DNA of 32,000 bases from Okeania sp. (GCF_035285525.1 NZ_JAYKGW010000047.1:1-32000); one strand, 5' to 3'. Shown: positions 1-9,400, counted from the stretch's first letter. Numbers and translations are program-made. The notes: a model not told the origin generated them from the sequence alone.

Positions 1-111
1 CCCAACCGCTTAGACGACGAACAATATATTGTGCGATTAATTGGTCAAATAATTACAGTTAGTTTAGAAACAGTAGATATAGTCAATAACTTACCGTCGC
101 TAAAGGAGTAG
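1..111 (+). CDS. 3' end of an unidentified protein-coding gene (partial, runs off the window start)
   Basis: Frame 1 is open from base 1 to TAG at 109-111 (...LIGQIITVSLETVDIVNNLPSLKE*). Too short to identify. The stop lies at the edge of a heptamer tract. Confidence 0.3.
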   Translation, partial: PNRLDDEQYIVRLIGQIITVSLETVDIVNNLPSLKE

Positions 112-168
112 GGGAGCGGGGGAGTAGAGGAGTGGGGGAGCAGGGGAGTAGTGGACCGACATAGCTCA
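105..168. repeat. Degenerate GGGGAGT/GGAGTAG heptamer tract (STRR-like, complement of the CTACTCC arrays)
   Basis: ggagtaggggagcgggggagtagaggagtgggggagcaggggagtagtgg read directly. Confidence 0.6.
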
Positions 169-197
169 AACTGTGCATTAGGGAGTAGTAATTAGTC

Positions 198-410
198 GTG
201 GACTGTTTCATCTAAAATGGTGCATGGGGTAGGGGCGGGTTTATGCAGAAATTTTTATACTACTCTAGGATTTATACAAACCCGCCCCTGAGACAGCTTA
301 TATCACTGGGGGCGGGTTTATCTGGGTTACTTGGAAAACTCGTTAACTCACTTATGAAACCCGCCCCTACGGTGTCTTCCTAATGCACATTTTTAGATGA
401 AACAATGCAC
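198..410. mobile_element. MITE-like element, family D (TIR gtggactgtttcatctaaaatggtgcat), with internal aaacccgcccc hairpin modules
   Basis: Left end gtggactgtttcatctaaaatggtgcat is inverted at the right end as atgcacatttttagatgaaacaatgcac. A second copy is at 13402-13530. Confidence 0.6.
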
Positions 411-485
411 TACTGGATTGTTTCTAACTTCAACAATACTGCTATAATACCAATAAACTTTTAAATAAATACCAAAATTTCTTTA

Positions 486-1472
486 ATGTACCTATATTAC
501 ACCCTTGGACTTATACTTTTATTATCAGTAATAGGCATTGTAGTCTACCTAAAAAACCCTCGCAGTTATGAATCATCAGAAACCGTAGCCAACTCCTACG
601 ATGAATGGACAGAAGACGGCATCCTCGAATTTTACTGGGGCGAACACATTCATTTAGGTCATTATGGCTCCCCCCCACAAAGGAAAGATTTCTTGACTGC
701 AAAATATGACTTTGTACATGAAATGGTTAAATGGGGTGGTCTCGATAAACTACCCCGTGGTACTACCGTTATAGATGTAGGTTGTGGAATAGGTGGTAGC
801 AGCCGTATTTTAGCCAAAGACTATGGATTTAATGTTACCGGTATTACTATTAGTCCCGGACAAGTAAAACGGGCACAAGAGCTAACCCCAGAGGGAGTTG
901 ACGCGAAATTTAAAGTAGATGATGCCTTAGCACTCTCTTTCCCAGATAATAGTTTTGATGTAGTTTGGTCTATTGAAGCCGGACCTCATATGCCAGATAA
1001 AGCCAAATATGCTCAAGAAATGATACGGGTATTAAAGCCTGGTGGAATATTGATTGTAGCTGACTGGAATCAGCGAGACGATCGCCAAAAACCACTTAAT
1101 TTTTGGGAAAAACCTGTAATGCGTCAATTATTAGAGCAGTGGTCTCATCCGGCTTTTTCTAGTATCGAAGGCTTTTCAGAACTAATAGCAGAAACTGGGT
1201 TAGTAGAAGGGGAGGTAACAACAGCAGATTGGACCCAGGAAACTCTTTCTTCTTGGTTTGATTCTATTTGGCAAGGTGTGATTAGACCTCAAGGGATGAT
1301 GCGCTCTGGTTTATCAGGGGTAATTAAATCTTTACGAGAAGTACCTACTATTTTATTGATGCGTCTGGCGTTTGGAAGTGGTCTTTGTCGCTTTGGAATG
1401 TTCCGTGCAGTGAAAACTAATTCTGTTTTAATATCGGTAGATAATATGGAAAATGAGGTAGTTAAAGTGTAA
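486..1472 (+). CDS. MPBQ/MSBQ-type SAM-dependent methyltransferase (tocopherol/plastoquinone pathway, Synechocystis Sll0418-like), N-terminal TM helix
   Basis: The 328-aa ORF has SAM motif I VIDVGCGIGGSS. The blocks WTEDGILEFYWGEHIHLGHYG, VWSIEAGPHMPDK and VADWNQRDDRQKPLNFWEKPVMRQLL match my recollection of Sll0418 rather than gamma-TMT Slr0089. Confidence 0.75.
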   Translation: MYLYYTLGLILLLSVIGIVVYLKNPRSYESSETVANSYDEWTEDGILEFYWGEHIHLGHYGSPPQRKDFLTAKYDFVHEMVKWGGLDKLPRGTTVIDVGCGIGGSSRILAKDYGFNVTGITISPGQVKRAQELTPEGVDAKFKVDDALALSFPDNSFDVVWSIEAGPHMPDKAKYAQEMIRVLKPGGILIVADWNQRDDRQKPLNFWEKPVMRQLLEQWSHPAFSSIEGFSELIAETGLVEGEVTTADWTQETLSSWFDSIWQGVIRPQGMMRSGLSGVIKSLREVPTILLMRLAFGSGLCRFGMFRAVKTNSVLISVDNMENEVVKV

Positions 1473-1567
1473 TTTAATATCAACATTGTAGAGACGTTCC
1501 ATGGAACTTCCCTACGATATTTTGGTTATCAAAAGTTGTTCTATTTTTTAATATTTAAAAGTCTATT

Positions 1568-2701
1568 GTGGAAAGAAAATATGCTCTAGTTCACGAATGG
1601 TTAACTCCTAAAGCAACTGGTGGTTCAGAATTAGTTGTTAAGGAAATTCTCAAATATATTAATGCTGATTTATATGCTCTAATTGATTTTGAATCAAGCA
1701 ATCCAGAAAGTTATCTTTATCAACGAAAAATCGGCAAAACTTTTTTACAAAATTTACCTTTTGCTCGTAACGGAGTACAAAAATATTTACCTTTATTACC
1801 TATAGCAATCGAACAATTTGATTTACGAGAATATGATGTTATTCTCTCTTCTTCTCATGCAGTTGCTAAAGGTATTTTGACTACACCTTATCAACTCCAT
1901 ATTTGTTATTGTCATACTCCCATGCGTTATGCTTGGGATTTAACTTTTGATTATCTAAATAGTAGTAAAGTTGGTAAAGGTTTACCTGGAATTTTAACTC
2001 GATATCTTTTACATCGACTCCGAGAATGGGATGTAATTTCTGCTAATCGAGTAGACTATTTTATTGCTAATTCTCAACATACTGCCCGCAGAATTTGGCG
2101 TTGTTATCGACGCAAAGCAGAGGTTATTTATCCGCCAGTAGATGTGGAAAAATTTCCTTTTAAATCTCAGAAACAAGATTTTTATGTGACGGTTTGTAGA
2201 TTAGTTAGTTATAAAAAAATATCTTTAATTGTCAAAGTTTTTAATCAGTTAGGAAGAGAATTAATAGTTATTGGCAGTGGCAAAGAATTAAAAAAATTAC
2301 GTCAACTTGCTAAGTCTAATGTGAAAATTATGGGTTGGCAATCTGAAGAAGTAGTAACTAAATATATGTCAGAAGCAAAAGGATTTATTTATGCTGCTTG
2401 TGAAGATTTTGGCATGGCTTTAGTAGAAGCACAAGCTTGTGGAACTCCTGTTATTGCTTATGGTGTTGGTGGCGCAACTGAAACAGTTTTAGATATGAGA
2501 AAATATCCTGATTCGGCAACGGGTTTATTGTTTGCTGAACAAACAGAAAAAGCATTAATAGAGGCAGTGGAAAAATTTGAAAATTCTCAGAAATATTTTC
2601 AGCCAGAAATTATCAGAAAGCACGCCGATAAATTTTCTCAAACAGTTTTTCAAAAGCATTATTTAAGTTTTGTAGAAAAATGTTATGAGGCAAGAAAATA
2701 A
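1568..2701 (+). CDS. Glycosyltransferase, GT4 family (GT-B fold)
   Basis: 377-aa ORF with GTG start per the ORF track. The C-terminal EDFGMALVEAQACGTPVIAYGVGGATETV is a typical GT4 E-x7-E region. Visibly AT-rich coding. Confidence 0.8.
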   Translation: MERKYALVHEWLTPKATGGSELVVKEILKYINADLYALIDFESSNPESYLYQRKIGKTFLQNLPFARNGVQKYLPLLPIAIEQFDLREYDVILSSSHAVAKGILTTPYQLHICYCHTPMRYAWDLTFDYLNSSKVGKGLPGILTRYLLHRLREWDVISANRVDYFIANSQHTARRIWRCYRRKAEVIYPPVDVEKFPFKSQKQDFYVTVCRLVSYKKISLIVKVFNQLGRELIVIGSGKELKKLRQLAKSNVKIMGWQSEEVVTKYMSEAKGFIYAACEDFGMALVEAQACGTPVIAYGVGGATETVLDMRKYPDSATGLLFAEQTEKALIEAVEKFENSQKYFQPEIIRKHADKFSQTVFQKHYLSFVEKCYEARK

Positions 2702-2741
2702 TTAATAATTAATAAGGGATAATGGATCATGAATAATTAAT

Positions 2742-2984
2742 AACTGAACAGTGTAAAGTTCTAGGAATAAATATTGCTAGCTAAGGCTTTCAGCTCTCTA
2801 ATTAATAATTAATAATTAATAACTGAACAGTGCAAAGTTCTAGGAATAAATATTGCTAGCTAAGGCTTTCAGCTATCTAAAGGTTGGAAACTTTTGATTT
2901 ATGAATGTAGATACTGTAAGCACTTTCCAGTAATTCTTTCAGCCTGAAAAGCAAATCATCTTTTAGGAGAACTTTGTACTCTCC
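2742..2984. mobile_element. MITE-like element, family E: partial copy (2742-2799) plus full copy (2821-2984), separated and flanked by AATTAAT heptamers
   Basis: aactgaacagtg(t/c)aaagttctaggaataaatattgctagctaaggctttcagct occurs twice in tandem. The full copy ends in the inverted ...ggagaactttgtactctcc. An inverted copy is at 26565-26728. Confidence 0.6.
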
Positions 2985-3290
2985 TATTAATAATTAATAA
3001 TCAATCTTCAAAGGTTGAAAACTTCTCCTAATTAAACTTAGTTTTCCCTAAAATACAGCGGATACCAGTTTGATTAGGTACATCTACGCGAACAGGATGC
3101 ACGGTTCCCGAAAAATCGCACTGGCAAGATTTAACTATTAATACCTGTACTTCAGATACTTGGAATTTGCTGTATTTATTGTACAGTGAAAATGTTCATA
3201 GATGTCAAGACAACTGTGGGTTAAAACCCGCCGATTCATTTTCCTCCAGCTTTTAAAACAAGCTGGTTTCACACTTACCAAAAATTTAAA

Positions 3291-3944
3291 ATGAAACTAA
3301 ATACTGATTTACAAAAGCGTGTTGTTGTCTTTACAGAAAACTTGCCTTGGATAGATTCACCAATGGGAGGAGTGCAACGACGAATGTTAGAACGAGATGG
3401 AGATGAAGTTGCCCGTGCCACCTCTATTGTTCGTTACGCTCCTAATAGTTATTTCTCAACTCATACCCATGGTGGAGGAGAAGAATTTTTGGTACTTGAT
3501 GGTATCTTTTCTGATGAGCAAGGAGACTACGAACCTGGAACCTATATCCGCAACCCAGTTAACTCTCGTCACACTCCCCATAGTAAAAATGGTTGTACTA
3601 TTCTGGTGAAACTCTGGCAAATGAATCCACAGGATCAACAACGGATTCTCATTTCTACTACTCAAGCAAAGTGGTTGCTTGGTAAAGTTCCTGGGTTGCA
3701 AGTAATGCCGTTACATAAATATCAGACTGAAGAAGTTGCTCTGATGAAATTAGCAACAGGCACGACTCTCCCCAGTAATGAGCATGGAGGGGGTGAAGAA
3801 ATTTTTGTCCTTGAAGGTGTATTGAAAGATGAAGAAGGAATTTATCCCAAAGGCACATGGTTACGGAATCCACCAGGATATATTAATACTCTATCTAGCC
3901 ATGAAAATTGTTTAATTTACCGAAAAATAGGACACTTGATATAG
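3291..3944 (+). CDS. Bicupin protein (ChrR-type cupin-like domains)
   Basis: The 217-aa ORF has two halves, each with a cupin metal motif region (STHTHGGGEEFLVLDG and NEHGGGEEIFVLEG). Confidence 0.6.
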   Translation: MKLNTDLQKRVVVFTENLPWIDSPMGGVQRRMLERDGDEVARATSIVRYAPNSYFSTHTHGGGEEFLVLDGIFSDEQGDYEPGTYIRNPVNSRHTPHSKNGCTILVKLWQMNPQDQQRILISTTQAKWLLGKVPGLQVMPLHKYQTEEVALMKLATGTTLPSNEHGGGEEIFVLEGVLKDEEGIYPKGTWLRNPPGYINTLSSHENCLIYRKIGHLI

Positions 3945-4100
3945 AATCCATTTGGTATCTTTGCAAAAGTGAAGATTTTTGACAAAGGAGATAGGAGTCA
4001 GGAGTCAGGAGTGAAAGAAACAGTTGGAGGGAAAAAGGTAGAAAAATCTCCCTATCCCCCCCATCTCCCCATCCCCTATCTCCCCACCAAATTTTATATA
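3940..4100. mobile_element. MITE-like element, family C (tatagaa(c/t)cc...ctttgcaaaagtga...(aggagtc)n...ctcccca... ttatata)
   Basis: Same architecture as 14410-14604. The left terminus tatagaatcc overlaps the cupin gene's last codons and TAG stop (3942-3944). Confidence 0.55.
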
Positions 4101-4168
4101 GCAACAGACAAGGCGATTAGGACATGGACTGATGATGAATCAAAGACCACGGAAAGACTTTTCCACCT

Positions 4169-4220
4169 GTTCCCTGTTCCCTGCTATAGTTCCCTGCTAT
4201 AGTTCCCTGCTATAGTTCCC
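4169..4220. repeat. Tandem 13-mer repeat (gttccctgctata x3 plus a partial unit)
   Basis: gttccctgttccctgctatagttccctgctatagttccctgctatagttccc read directly. Confidence 0.8.
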
Positions 4221-4259
4221 AAATGACTTCTATAGAATACAGCATCTTACTATTTATTT

Positions 4260-5066
4260 ATGATCCACAATTTTATTCCACCAAACAGATTTTTTTCCTA
4301 TCTTACCTGGCAAGATATTGAGACAATGCCAGATCAAGAAAATGTAGTAATTATTCAACCAGTAGGTTCCATTGAACAACATGGACCCCATTTACCCTTA
4401 ATTGTGGATTCAGCGATCGCTACTTATGTAACTGGCAAAGCATTAGCTAAACTAGAACCCCATATTCCTGCCTATGCTTTGCCCACCCAATATTACGGCA
4501 AGTCTAACGAACATTGGCATTTTCCAGGCACGATTACCCTCACTGCCCAAACTTTAATGGCTGTTTTAACAGAAATAGGAGAAAGTATCTATCGTTCTGG
4601 GTTCCGGAAATTAGTATTTTTAAACGCTCATGGTGGGCAACCTCAAGTTATTGAGATAGTAGCACGAGACTTGCACCAAAAATATGCAGATTTTTTACTA
4701 TTTCCTCTCTTAGCTTGGCGCGTACCTAATCCTAGTGCAGAATTATTGACACCAAAGGAAATGGAGTTAGGGATTCATGCTGGAGATGCGGAAACCAGTA
4801 TGATGTTGTCTATGTTACCAGATGTGGTGAAAATGGATAAGGCCGTGTGCGAATATCCTCCAGGTTTGCCAGAAGAGAGTATGTTGAGTATGGAGGGAAA
4901 TTTACCTTTTGCTTGGTTAACGCGAGAGTTGACTCGTAGTGGTGTATTGGGTGATGCCACAGTGGCAACTAGGGAAAAAGGCGAGCAAATACTTGAAGCT
5001 TTTACCGATGGTTGGGTTGAGGTGATTCAGGATATTTATGAGTTTCGGCAACCGAGAGCTAATTAG
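4260..5066 (+). CDS. Creatininase-family amidohydrolase
   Basis: The 268-aa ORF carries SIEQHGPHLPL, FLNAHGGQ and HAGDAETS motifs typical of the creatininase/ArfB/MftE-like family. Confidence 0.8.
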   Translation: MIHNFIPPNRFFSYLTWQDIETMPDQENVVIIQPVGSIEQHGPHLPLIVDSAIATYVTGKALAKLEPHIPAYALPTQYYGKSNEHWHFPGTITLTAQTLMAVLTEIGESIYRSGFRKLVFLNAHGGQPQVIEIVARDLHQKYADFLLFPLLAWRVPNPSAELLTPKEMELGIHAGDAETSMMLSMLPDVVKMDKAVCEYPPGLPEESMLSMEGNLPFAWLTRELTRSGVLGDATVATREKGEQILEAFTDGWVEVIQDIYEFRQPRAN

Positions 5067-5269
5067 GGTTTGCTCAAAAAATCAGAGGGTGGGGAATGTG
5101 GGAAGTATGGGGAGGGTTGGAGGAAAAATTATTCTTTGATTTTTATATCTATATCATAGTGAGCCAGAAATGCTAAGTTTGGGAACCGGAACCACCTAAA
5201 ATCTCGTTTTCATACTGAAATATAACCTTTATCTGTAAAGACTTTTAGGTTTATCATCATTAAAGGAAT

Positions 5270-5365
5270 CAGGACTTACGCAGCGACCCTAGATATAGTG
5301 CTTAAAACTATGGCGCAATAGTTTTCCAACTCTATATCTAGTACAAGTACATTTGCGTAAGTCCT
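5270..5365. mobile_element. MITE-like element, family A (caggacttacgca ... tgcgtaagtcct(g))
   Basis: Terminal inverted repeats caggacttacgc / gcgtaagtcct with a ctatat(a/c)tag-containing core. One of 12 copies in the window. Confidence 0.7.
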
Positions 5366-5420
5366 AAAAATTAGATTAGAAGTATAGCAAAGTGCGCTAT
5401 AGAAGCCATTTGGTATTTTT

Positions 5421-5522
5421 GTAGGGACGTTTTCCGCGGTTGAGCGGACATGAAACGCATTTTTGTGATGCAACGTCCCTACTACCCCACTCCCTACTCC
5501 CTACTCCCTACTCCCTACTGCC
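5421..5522. repeat. Hairpin repeat, family G (gtagggacg...caacgtccctac) fused to a (CTACTCC)n STRR array
   Basis: gtagggacgttttccgcggttgagcggacatgaaacgcatttttgtgatgcaacgtccctac is followed by ccccactccctactccctactccctactccctactg. A related hairpin is at 8055-8109. Confidence 0.65.
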
Positions 5523-5529
5523 TAAAAAA

Positions 5530-6054
5530 TTACAATGTAGCTTCCAAAGCTTGAAGTTTGAGGAACTCTGTATTAACACCAGACTCCCGGGTTAAAGCTA
5601 TTTTTCCTGTTCTCGCAATTTCACGGATACCATACTTAGCAAGCATTTGCACAATAGCTACCATTTTTCCTGGATCTCCTACTACTTCAATAGTTAGTGA
5701 ATCTTCTCCCACGTCTACTACCCGCGCCCGAAATATAGTTACTATCTCAATCACTTCTGACCGCATAGCTGTGGTAGCATTAATCTTGAGCAACATTAAT
5801 TCTCGTTCTACACTAGGAATAGCTGTAATATCGTCTACTTTCAAGACATTAATCAACTTGTACAGTTGTTTGGTCAACTGTTCGATAATCTGATCGTCTC
5901 CAGGTACCACCATTGTAATTCGAGAAACACCAGTGTCCTCTGCTGGGCCAACTGCTAGACTCTCGATATTAAAACCACGACGGGCAAATAAACCAGCAAT
6001 GCGGGTCAAAACTCCCGCTTCGTCTTCAACTAAAACAGAAAGTGTATGTTTCAT
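5530..6054 (-). CDS. ilvN: Acetolactate synthase small (regulatory) subunit
   Basis: 174-aa ORF starting [36 protein letters not shown] (ACT domain), with the typical length. Confidence 0.9.
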   Translation of the reverse strand: MKHTLSVLVEDEAGVLTRIAGLFARRGFNIESLAVGPAEDTGVSRITMVVPGDDQIIEQLTKQLYKLINVLKVDDITAIPSVERELMLLKINATTAMRSEVIEIVTIFRARVVDVGEDSLTIEVVGDPGKMVAIVQMLAKYGIREIARTGKIALTRESGVNTEFLKLQALEATL

Positions 6055-6088
6055 TCTCTCAATTAAGTAATAATGTATTTGATATTTA

Positions 6089-6179
6089 CAGGACTTACGG
6101 AAATCTACTATATATAGAGTTCAAAAACGATGGCGCCATAGTTTGAAACACTATATCTAGGGTCATTGCGTAAGTCCTG
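6089..6179. mobile_element. MITE-like element, family A
   Basis: caggacttacgg...ttgcgtaagtcctg. The core is nearly identical to the copy at 6267-6358. Confidence 0.7.
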
Positions 6180-6207
6180 TGATATTCTGTAGACTTCTTG
6201 CAGAATC

Positions 6208-6240
6208 AAGTCAAAAGTCAAAAGTCAAAAGTCATAAAAG
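6208..6240. repeat. STRR heptamer array (GTCAAAA)n
   Basis: aagtcaaaagtcaaaagtcaaaagtcataaaag read directly. Confidence 0.8.
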
Positions 6241-6266
6241 CTGATGATTTCTTTATTCTAATTTAT

Positions 6267-6358
6267 TAGGACTTACGCAAATCTACTATATATAGAGTTC
6301 AAAAACGATGGCGCCATAGTTTTTAACGCTACATATATGGTCTGGTGCGTAAATCCTA
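6267..6358. mobile_element. MITE-like element, family A
   Basis: taggacttacgcaaatctactatatatagagttcaaaaacgatggcgccatagttt...gtgcgtaaatccta. Confidence 0.7.
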
Positions 6359-6453
6359 TTATTTAACTTTTGGTTTGGCAAAAGGTCTGGTTATCTTATA
6401 GTAGAATGTAGATTGGATAAGCTGGTAAGTCTACAAACAATTTTTATAAATAT

Positions 6454-6713
6454 ATGAGTGATGAAAGTTCAATTATTTTAGAAGTGAATAGTGAGGATGA
6501 AATAAGTCAACGTTTGGATATTTAGTTCTCTCAACAAATGCCTGATCTATCGCGATCGCATATCCAAAAGTTAATCTCCCAAGGCAATGTGAAAGTAAAT
6601 GAGGATATCTGTACTTCCAAAAAGCAATAGTACAAAAAGGCGATAAAATTATTCTCACTATTCCGCCACCAACACCTTTAGAAATAGAAGCTAATGATAT
6701 TCTCTATATGAAG
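6454..6713 (+). pseudogene. Decayed duplicate of the first ~88 codons of the downstream rluD gene
   Basis: Aligns by eye with 7072-7343 at roughly 90% identity or better. It carries TGG->TAG at codon 24, a 1-nt deletion in the A-run (aaaaagc vs aaaaaagc) and a 10-nt deletion near its end. The upstream leader (6371-6453) is also duplicated (compare 6986-7071). Confidence 0.8.
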
Positions 6714-6715
6714 TC

Positions 6716-7020
6716 AAAATTCATGTCTTCAAAATTCCCAAGTCAGAAAAACTGAGAATTTATCTATTCTAATTTCTGAAACTTTGAGTTTAGCAAAAAG
6801 TATAATTATCTTCTAGTAAAATTCATGTCTTCAAAATTATCAAGTCAGAAAAACTGAGAATTTCTGTATTCTAATTTCTGAAACTTTGAGCTTGGCAAAA
6901 AGTCTAATTATCTTCTAGTAGAATTATCAAGTCAAAATTATCAAGTCAGAAAAACTGAGAATTTCTGTATTCTAATTTCTGAAACTTTGGGTTTAGCAAA
7001 AAGTTTAATTATCTTCTAGT
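6716..7020. repeat. Three tandem copies of a ~101-102 bp unit lying between the rluD pseudo-copy and the intact rluD
   Basis: The unit ...caagtcagaaaaactgagaattt.t.tattctaatttctgaaactttg.g.tt.gcaaaaagt.taattatcttctagta recurs with c of caagtcag at 6739, 6841 and 6942. The 3' part of the unit also precedes the pseudo-copy (6371-6400). Confidence 0.8.
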
Positions 7021-7071
7021 AGAATGTAGATTGGATAAACTGGTAAGTCTACAAACAATTTTTATAATCTT

Positions 7072-8016
7072 ATGAGTGATGAAAGTTCAATTATTTTAGA
7101 AGTAAATAGCGAGAATCAAATAAGCCAACGTTTGGATATTTGGATCTCTCAACAAATACCCGAGCTATCGCGATCCCATATCCAAAAATTAATCTCTCAA
7201 AGCAATGTAAAAGTAAATGAGAATATCTGTACTTCCAAAAAAGCAACAGTACAAAAAGGCGATAAAATTATTCTCACTATTCCGCCACCAAAACCTTTAG
7301 AAATAGAAGCTAATGATATTCCTTTAAATATTCTCTATGAAGATAATGATCTATTAATTATCAACAAACCAGCAGGTTTAGTTGTACATCCAGCACCCGG
7401 ACATTCAGAAGGTACTTTGGTAAATGCACTTTTAGCTCATTGTGACTCCTTGGCCGGTATTGGGGGAGTACAACGACCAGGTATTGTACATCGGTTAGAT
7501 AAGGATACCACTGGAGCTATCATGGTTGCCAAAACAGACCAAGCTTATCAACATTTGCAAAGTCAGTTACAAGCGAAAACCGCAAAACGAGAATATTTGG
7601 GAGTAGTTTATGGTAGTCCGAAAACGGATAGTGGTACAATAGATTTACCCATTGGTCGTCATCGGATCGACCGGAAAAAAATGGCAGTGACACCAGTGGA
7701 GAGAGGTGGAAAAGTTGCTGTTACTCATTGGCAAGTTAAGGAGCGTTTGGGAAATTTTTCCATGATGTTGTTTCGGTTGGAGACTGGACGAACTCATCAA
7801 ATTCGGGTTCATAGTGCTAAAATAGGATATCCTATTGTGGGAGATACTGTTTATGGAAAAGGTCGTTCCGTAGGTGTAAACTTAACTGGTCAAGCTCTTC
7901 ATGCTTGGCGACTAGAGTTACAACATCCCGTTTCTGGGGACTTGGTAGAAGCGATCGCTCCTTTGCCAGAAGATTTTTTGACTTTGGTAGAGGTGTTGCG
8001 TAGACGTTCTGGGTAA
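7072..8016 (+). CDS. rluD: RluA-family 23S rRNA pseudouridine synthase with N-terminal S4 domain (RluD-like)
   Basis: 314-aa ORF with the catalytic motif HRLDKDTTG and GRTHQIRVH. The N-terminal S4-like segment is RLDIWISQQIPELSRSHIQKLI. Confidence 0.85.
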   Translation: MSDESSIILEVNSENQISQRLDIWISQQIPELSRSHIQKLISQSNVKVNENICTSKKATVQKGDKIILTIPPPKPLEIEANDIPLNILYEDNDLLIINKPAGLVVHPAPGHSEGTLVNALLAHCDSLAGIGGVQRPGIVHRLDKDTTGAIMVAKTDQAYQHLQSQLQAKTAKREYLGVVYGSPKTDSGTIDLPIGRHRIDRKKMAVTPVERGGKVAVTHWQVKERLGNFSMMLFRLETGRTHQIRVHSAKIGYPIVGDTVYGKGRSVGVNLTGQALHAWRLELQHPVSGDLVEAIAPLPEDFLTLVEVLRRRSG

Positions 8017-8054
8017 TAGCACTTTTCATAAATAAGTAGAAATAGACCAAAAAA

Positions 8055-8109
8055 GTAGGGACGTATCGCTGCGCGACATAAAGCGCATTTTTGTTATACA
8101 ACGTCCCTA
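8055..8109. repeat. Hairpin repeat, family G (gtagggacg...caacgtcccta), 39 nt after the rluD stop; possible terminator
   Basis: gtagggacgtatcgctgcgcgacataaagcgcatttttgttatacaacgtcccta. The arms are complementary. Same family as 5421-5482. Confidence 0.55.
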
Positions 8110-8158
8110 GAGGTTATTATGGTTAATTAATGTGACTTGATATTAGGAGTAAAAAGTT

Positions 8159-8305
8159 ATGGATCGTGGAAAAATTGTGGCTATTATTACTGGAGCTATT
8201 TCTATAGGTTTAGCGATCGCTTATTTAATTCTTGTGCAATTATTAGACTTGCGAGGAGCGGAAATGATACCTGCTCCAACTTCGATATTACCTTTGATTT
8301 TTTAA
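8159..8305 (+). CDS. Small (48 aa) single-TM membrane protein, hypothetical
   Basis: Manual translation gives MDRGKIVAIITGAISIGLAIAYLILVQLLDLRGAEMIPAPTSILPLIF*. It is below the ORF-track size cut-off. It replaces the track's 8137..8361 ORF, which lies in another frame. It contains a HIP1 site. Confidence 0.35.
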   Translation: MDRGKIVAIITGAISIGLAIAYLILVQLLDLRGAEMIPAPTSILPLIF

Positions 8306-8403
8306 GGCAAAGATACTTTTTTTTAAGTAGTGATATTTTTATTGTTTCTTTCTCCTTTTGAGGAGTTAAACTAAAAATAATCACTACTTATTTATCATTA
8401 AAT

Positions 8404-8991
8404 TTAATTTTTTTGTTCAATAAAAATCATTCGGGTTCGGATCGGAATACCTTGACTTGAAGAAACCCAACCTATAATAAAATAATCTTCAATAGCATTT
8501 TTAATTACTATTTTTGAATGGTCGTAAACTGGAACAATAAACTTTTTCATATATTCTTCTGTCATTTCATCAAGACTAATTAAAATAGCTTTACGGGCAA
8601 TTCGATAAATATGTTTAATTGCTGTTTCAGCATCTTCAACAAAATGCAATGAACTTAAACAAAAAACCAAATCGTAGGATTGGGAATCAATTTCTGCCAA
8701 AGCAGTTTCTATTGGTTTATGAATAGTTTTATAACCTCTTTTAGCTGCATATTCCAACATATTAGCTGAAATATCAATACCTGTATATTCAAAATCTCCC
8801 TGTAATAATTCACTTAGTAGTCCAGTTCCACAAGCAATATCCAAAATACTACCTTCATTATCATTATTGTGTTGCTGGAAAATTTTCAATGCTTTACTGT
8901 GAAGATTTGCATTAGACTTGCTCTTAGCAACATCATCATATTTGATAGCGTAATTATCATAAAATTCTTCAGCAGAAATTTTGTTCGACAT
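8404..8991 (-). CDS. Class I SAM-dependent methyltransferase
   Basis: 195-aa ORF with motif I ILDIACGTGLLSE and motif post-I/II DLVFCLSSLHF. Very AT-rich coding (a sampled 60-nt line has 17 G+C). Confidence 0.75.
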   Translation of the reverse strand: MSNKISAEEFYDNYAIKYDDVAKSKSNANLHSKALKIFQQHNNDNEGSILDIACGTGLLSELLQGDFEYTGIDISANMLEYAAKRGYKTIHKPIETALAEIDSQSYDLVFCLSSLHFVEDAETAIKHIYRIARKAILISLDEMTEEYMKKFIVPVYDHSKIVIKNAIEDYFIIGWVSSSQGIPIRTRMIFIEQKN

Positions 8992-9400
8992 AGTTACTAA
9001 TTCAAAATCAACCTAAATTTATACTTTAATAATATAACTCTCTTGCTAAATAAAATCTGACAAAAATACCATAACTAACCGAAAAATTGTGTATAAGTAC
9101 CTGGACAGAATTAATTGTGCATTTTTGATGGCTATATCGTCATAAAGATATCAAAGGATCGACAATATTTAAGACATACAAATAATTTTGTCTACCTACT
9201 TAAAACCTCCCCTTTCAAGGAGATAAAAAAATAAACTTCAGTATTTCAAGCCTCTGGGAACAACTACGAGATACTGATAACTGATAAGTGAGTTGTAGGG
9301 GTTTGGTCTCCAAACCCAAGCAAATTTATAATCTCAATAATAGACATCTCCAAAAATGAAAATTAAAATCAATTATCTGACAGCAATCATCTATTCTTTC

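Noticed and set aside
3969-4202. 77-aa ORF
   Set aside because: It lies inside the family-C MITE, the heptamer arrays and the 13-mer tandem repeat. A similar objection applies to the antisense 3895..4104 ORF.
5558-5893. 111-aa plus-strand ORF
   Set aside because: It is antisense to and entirely inside the confidently identified ilvN gene. It is Ser/Thr/Ile-rich and typical of a shadow frame.
6473-6658. 61-aa minus-strand ORF
   Set aside because: It is antisense to the decayed rluD 5' duplicate, so the region is better explained as a pseudogene fragment.
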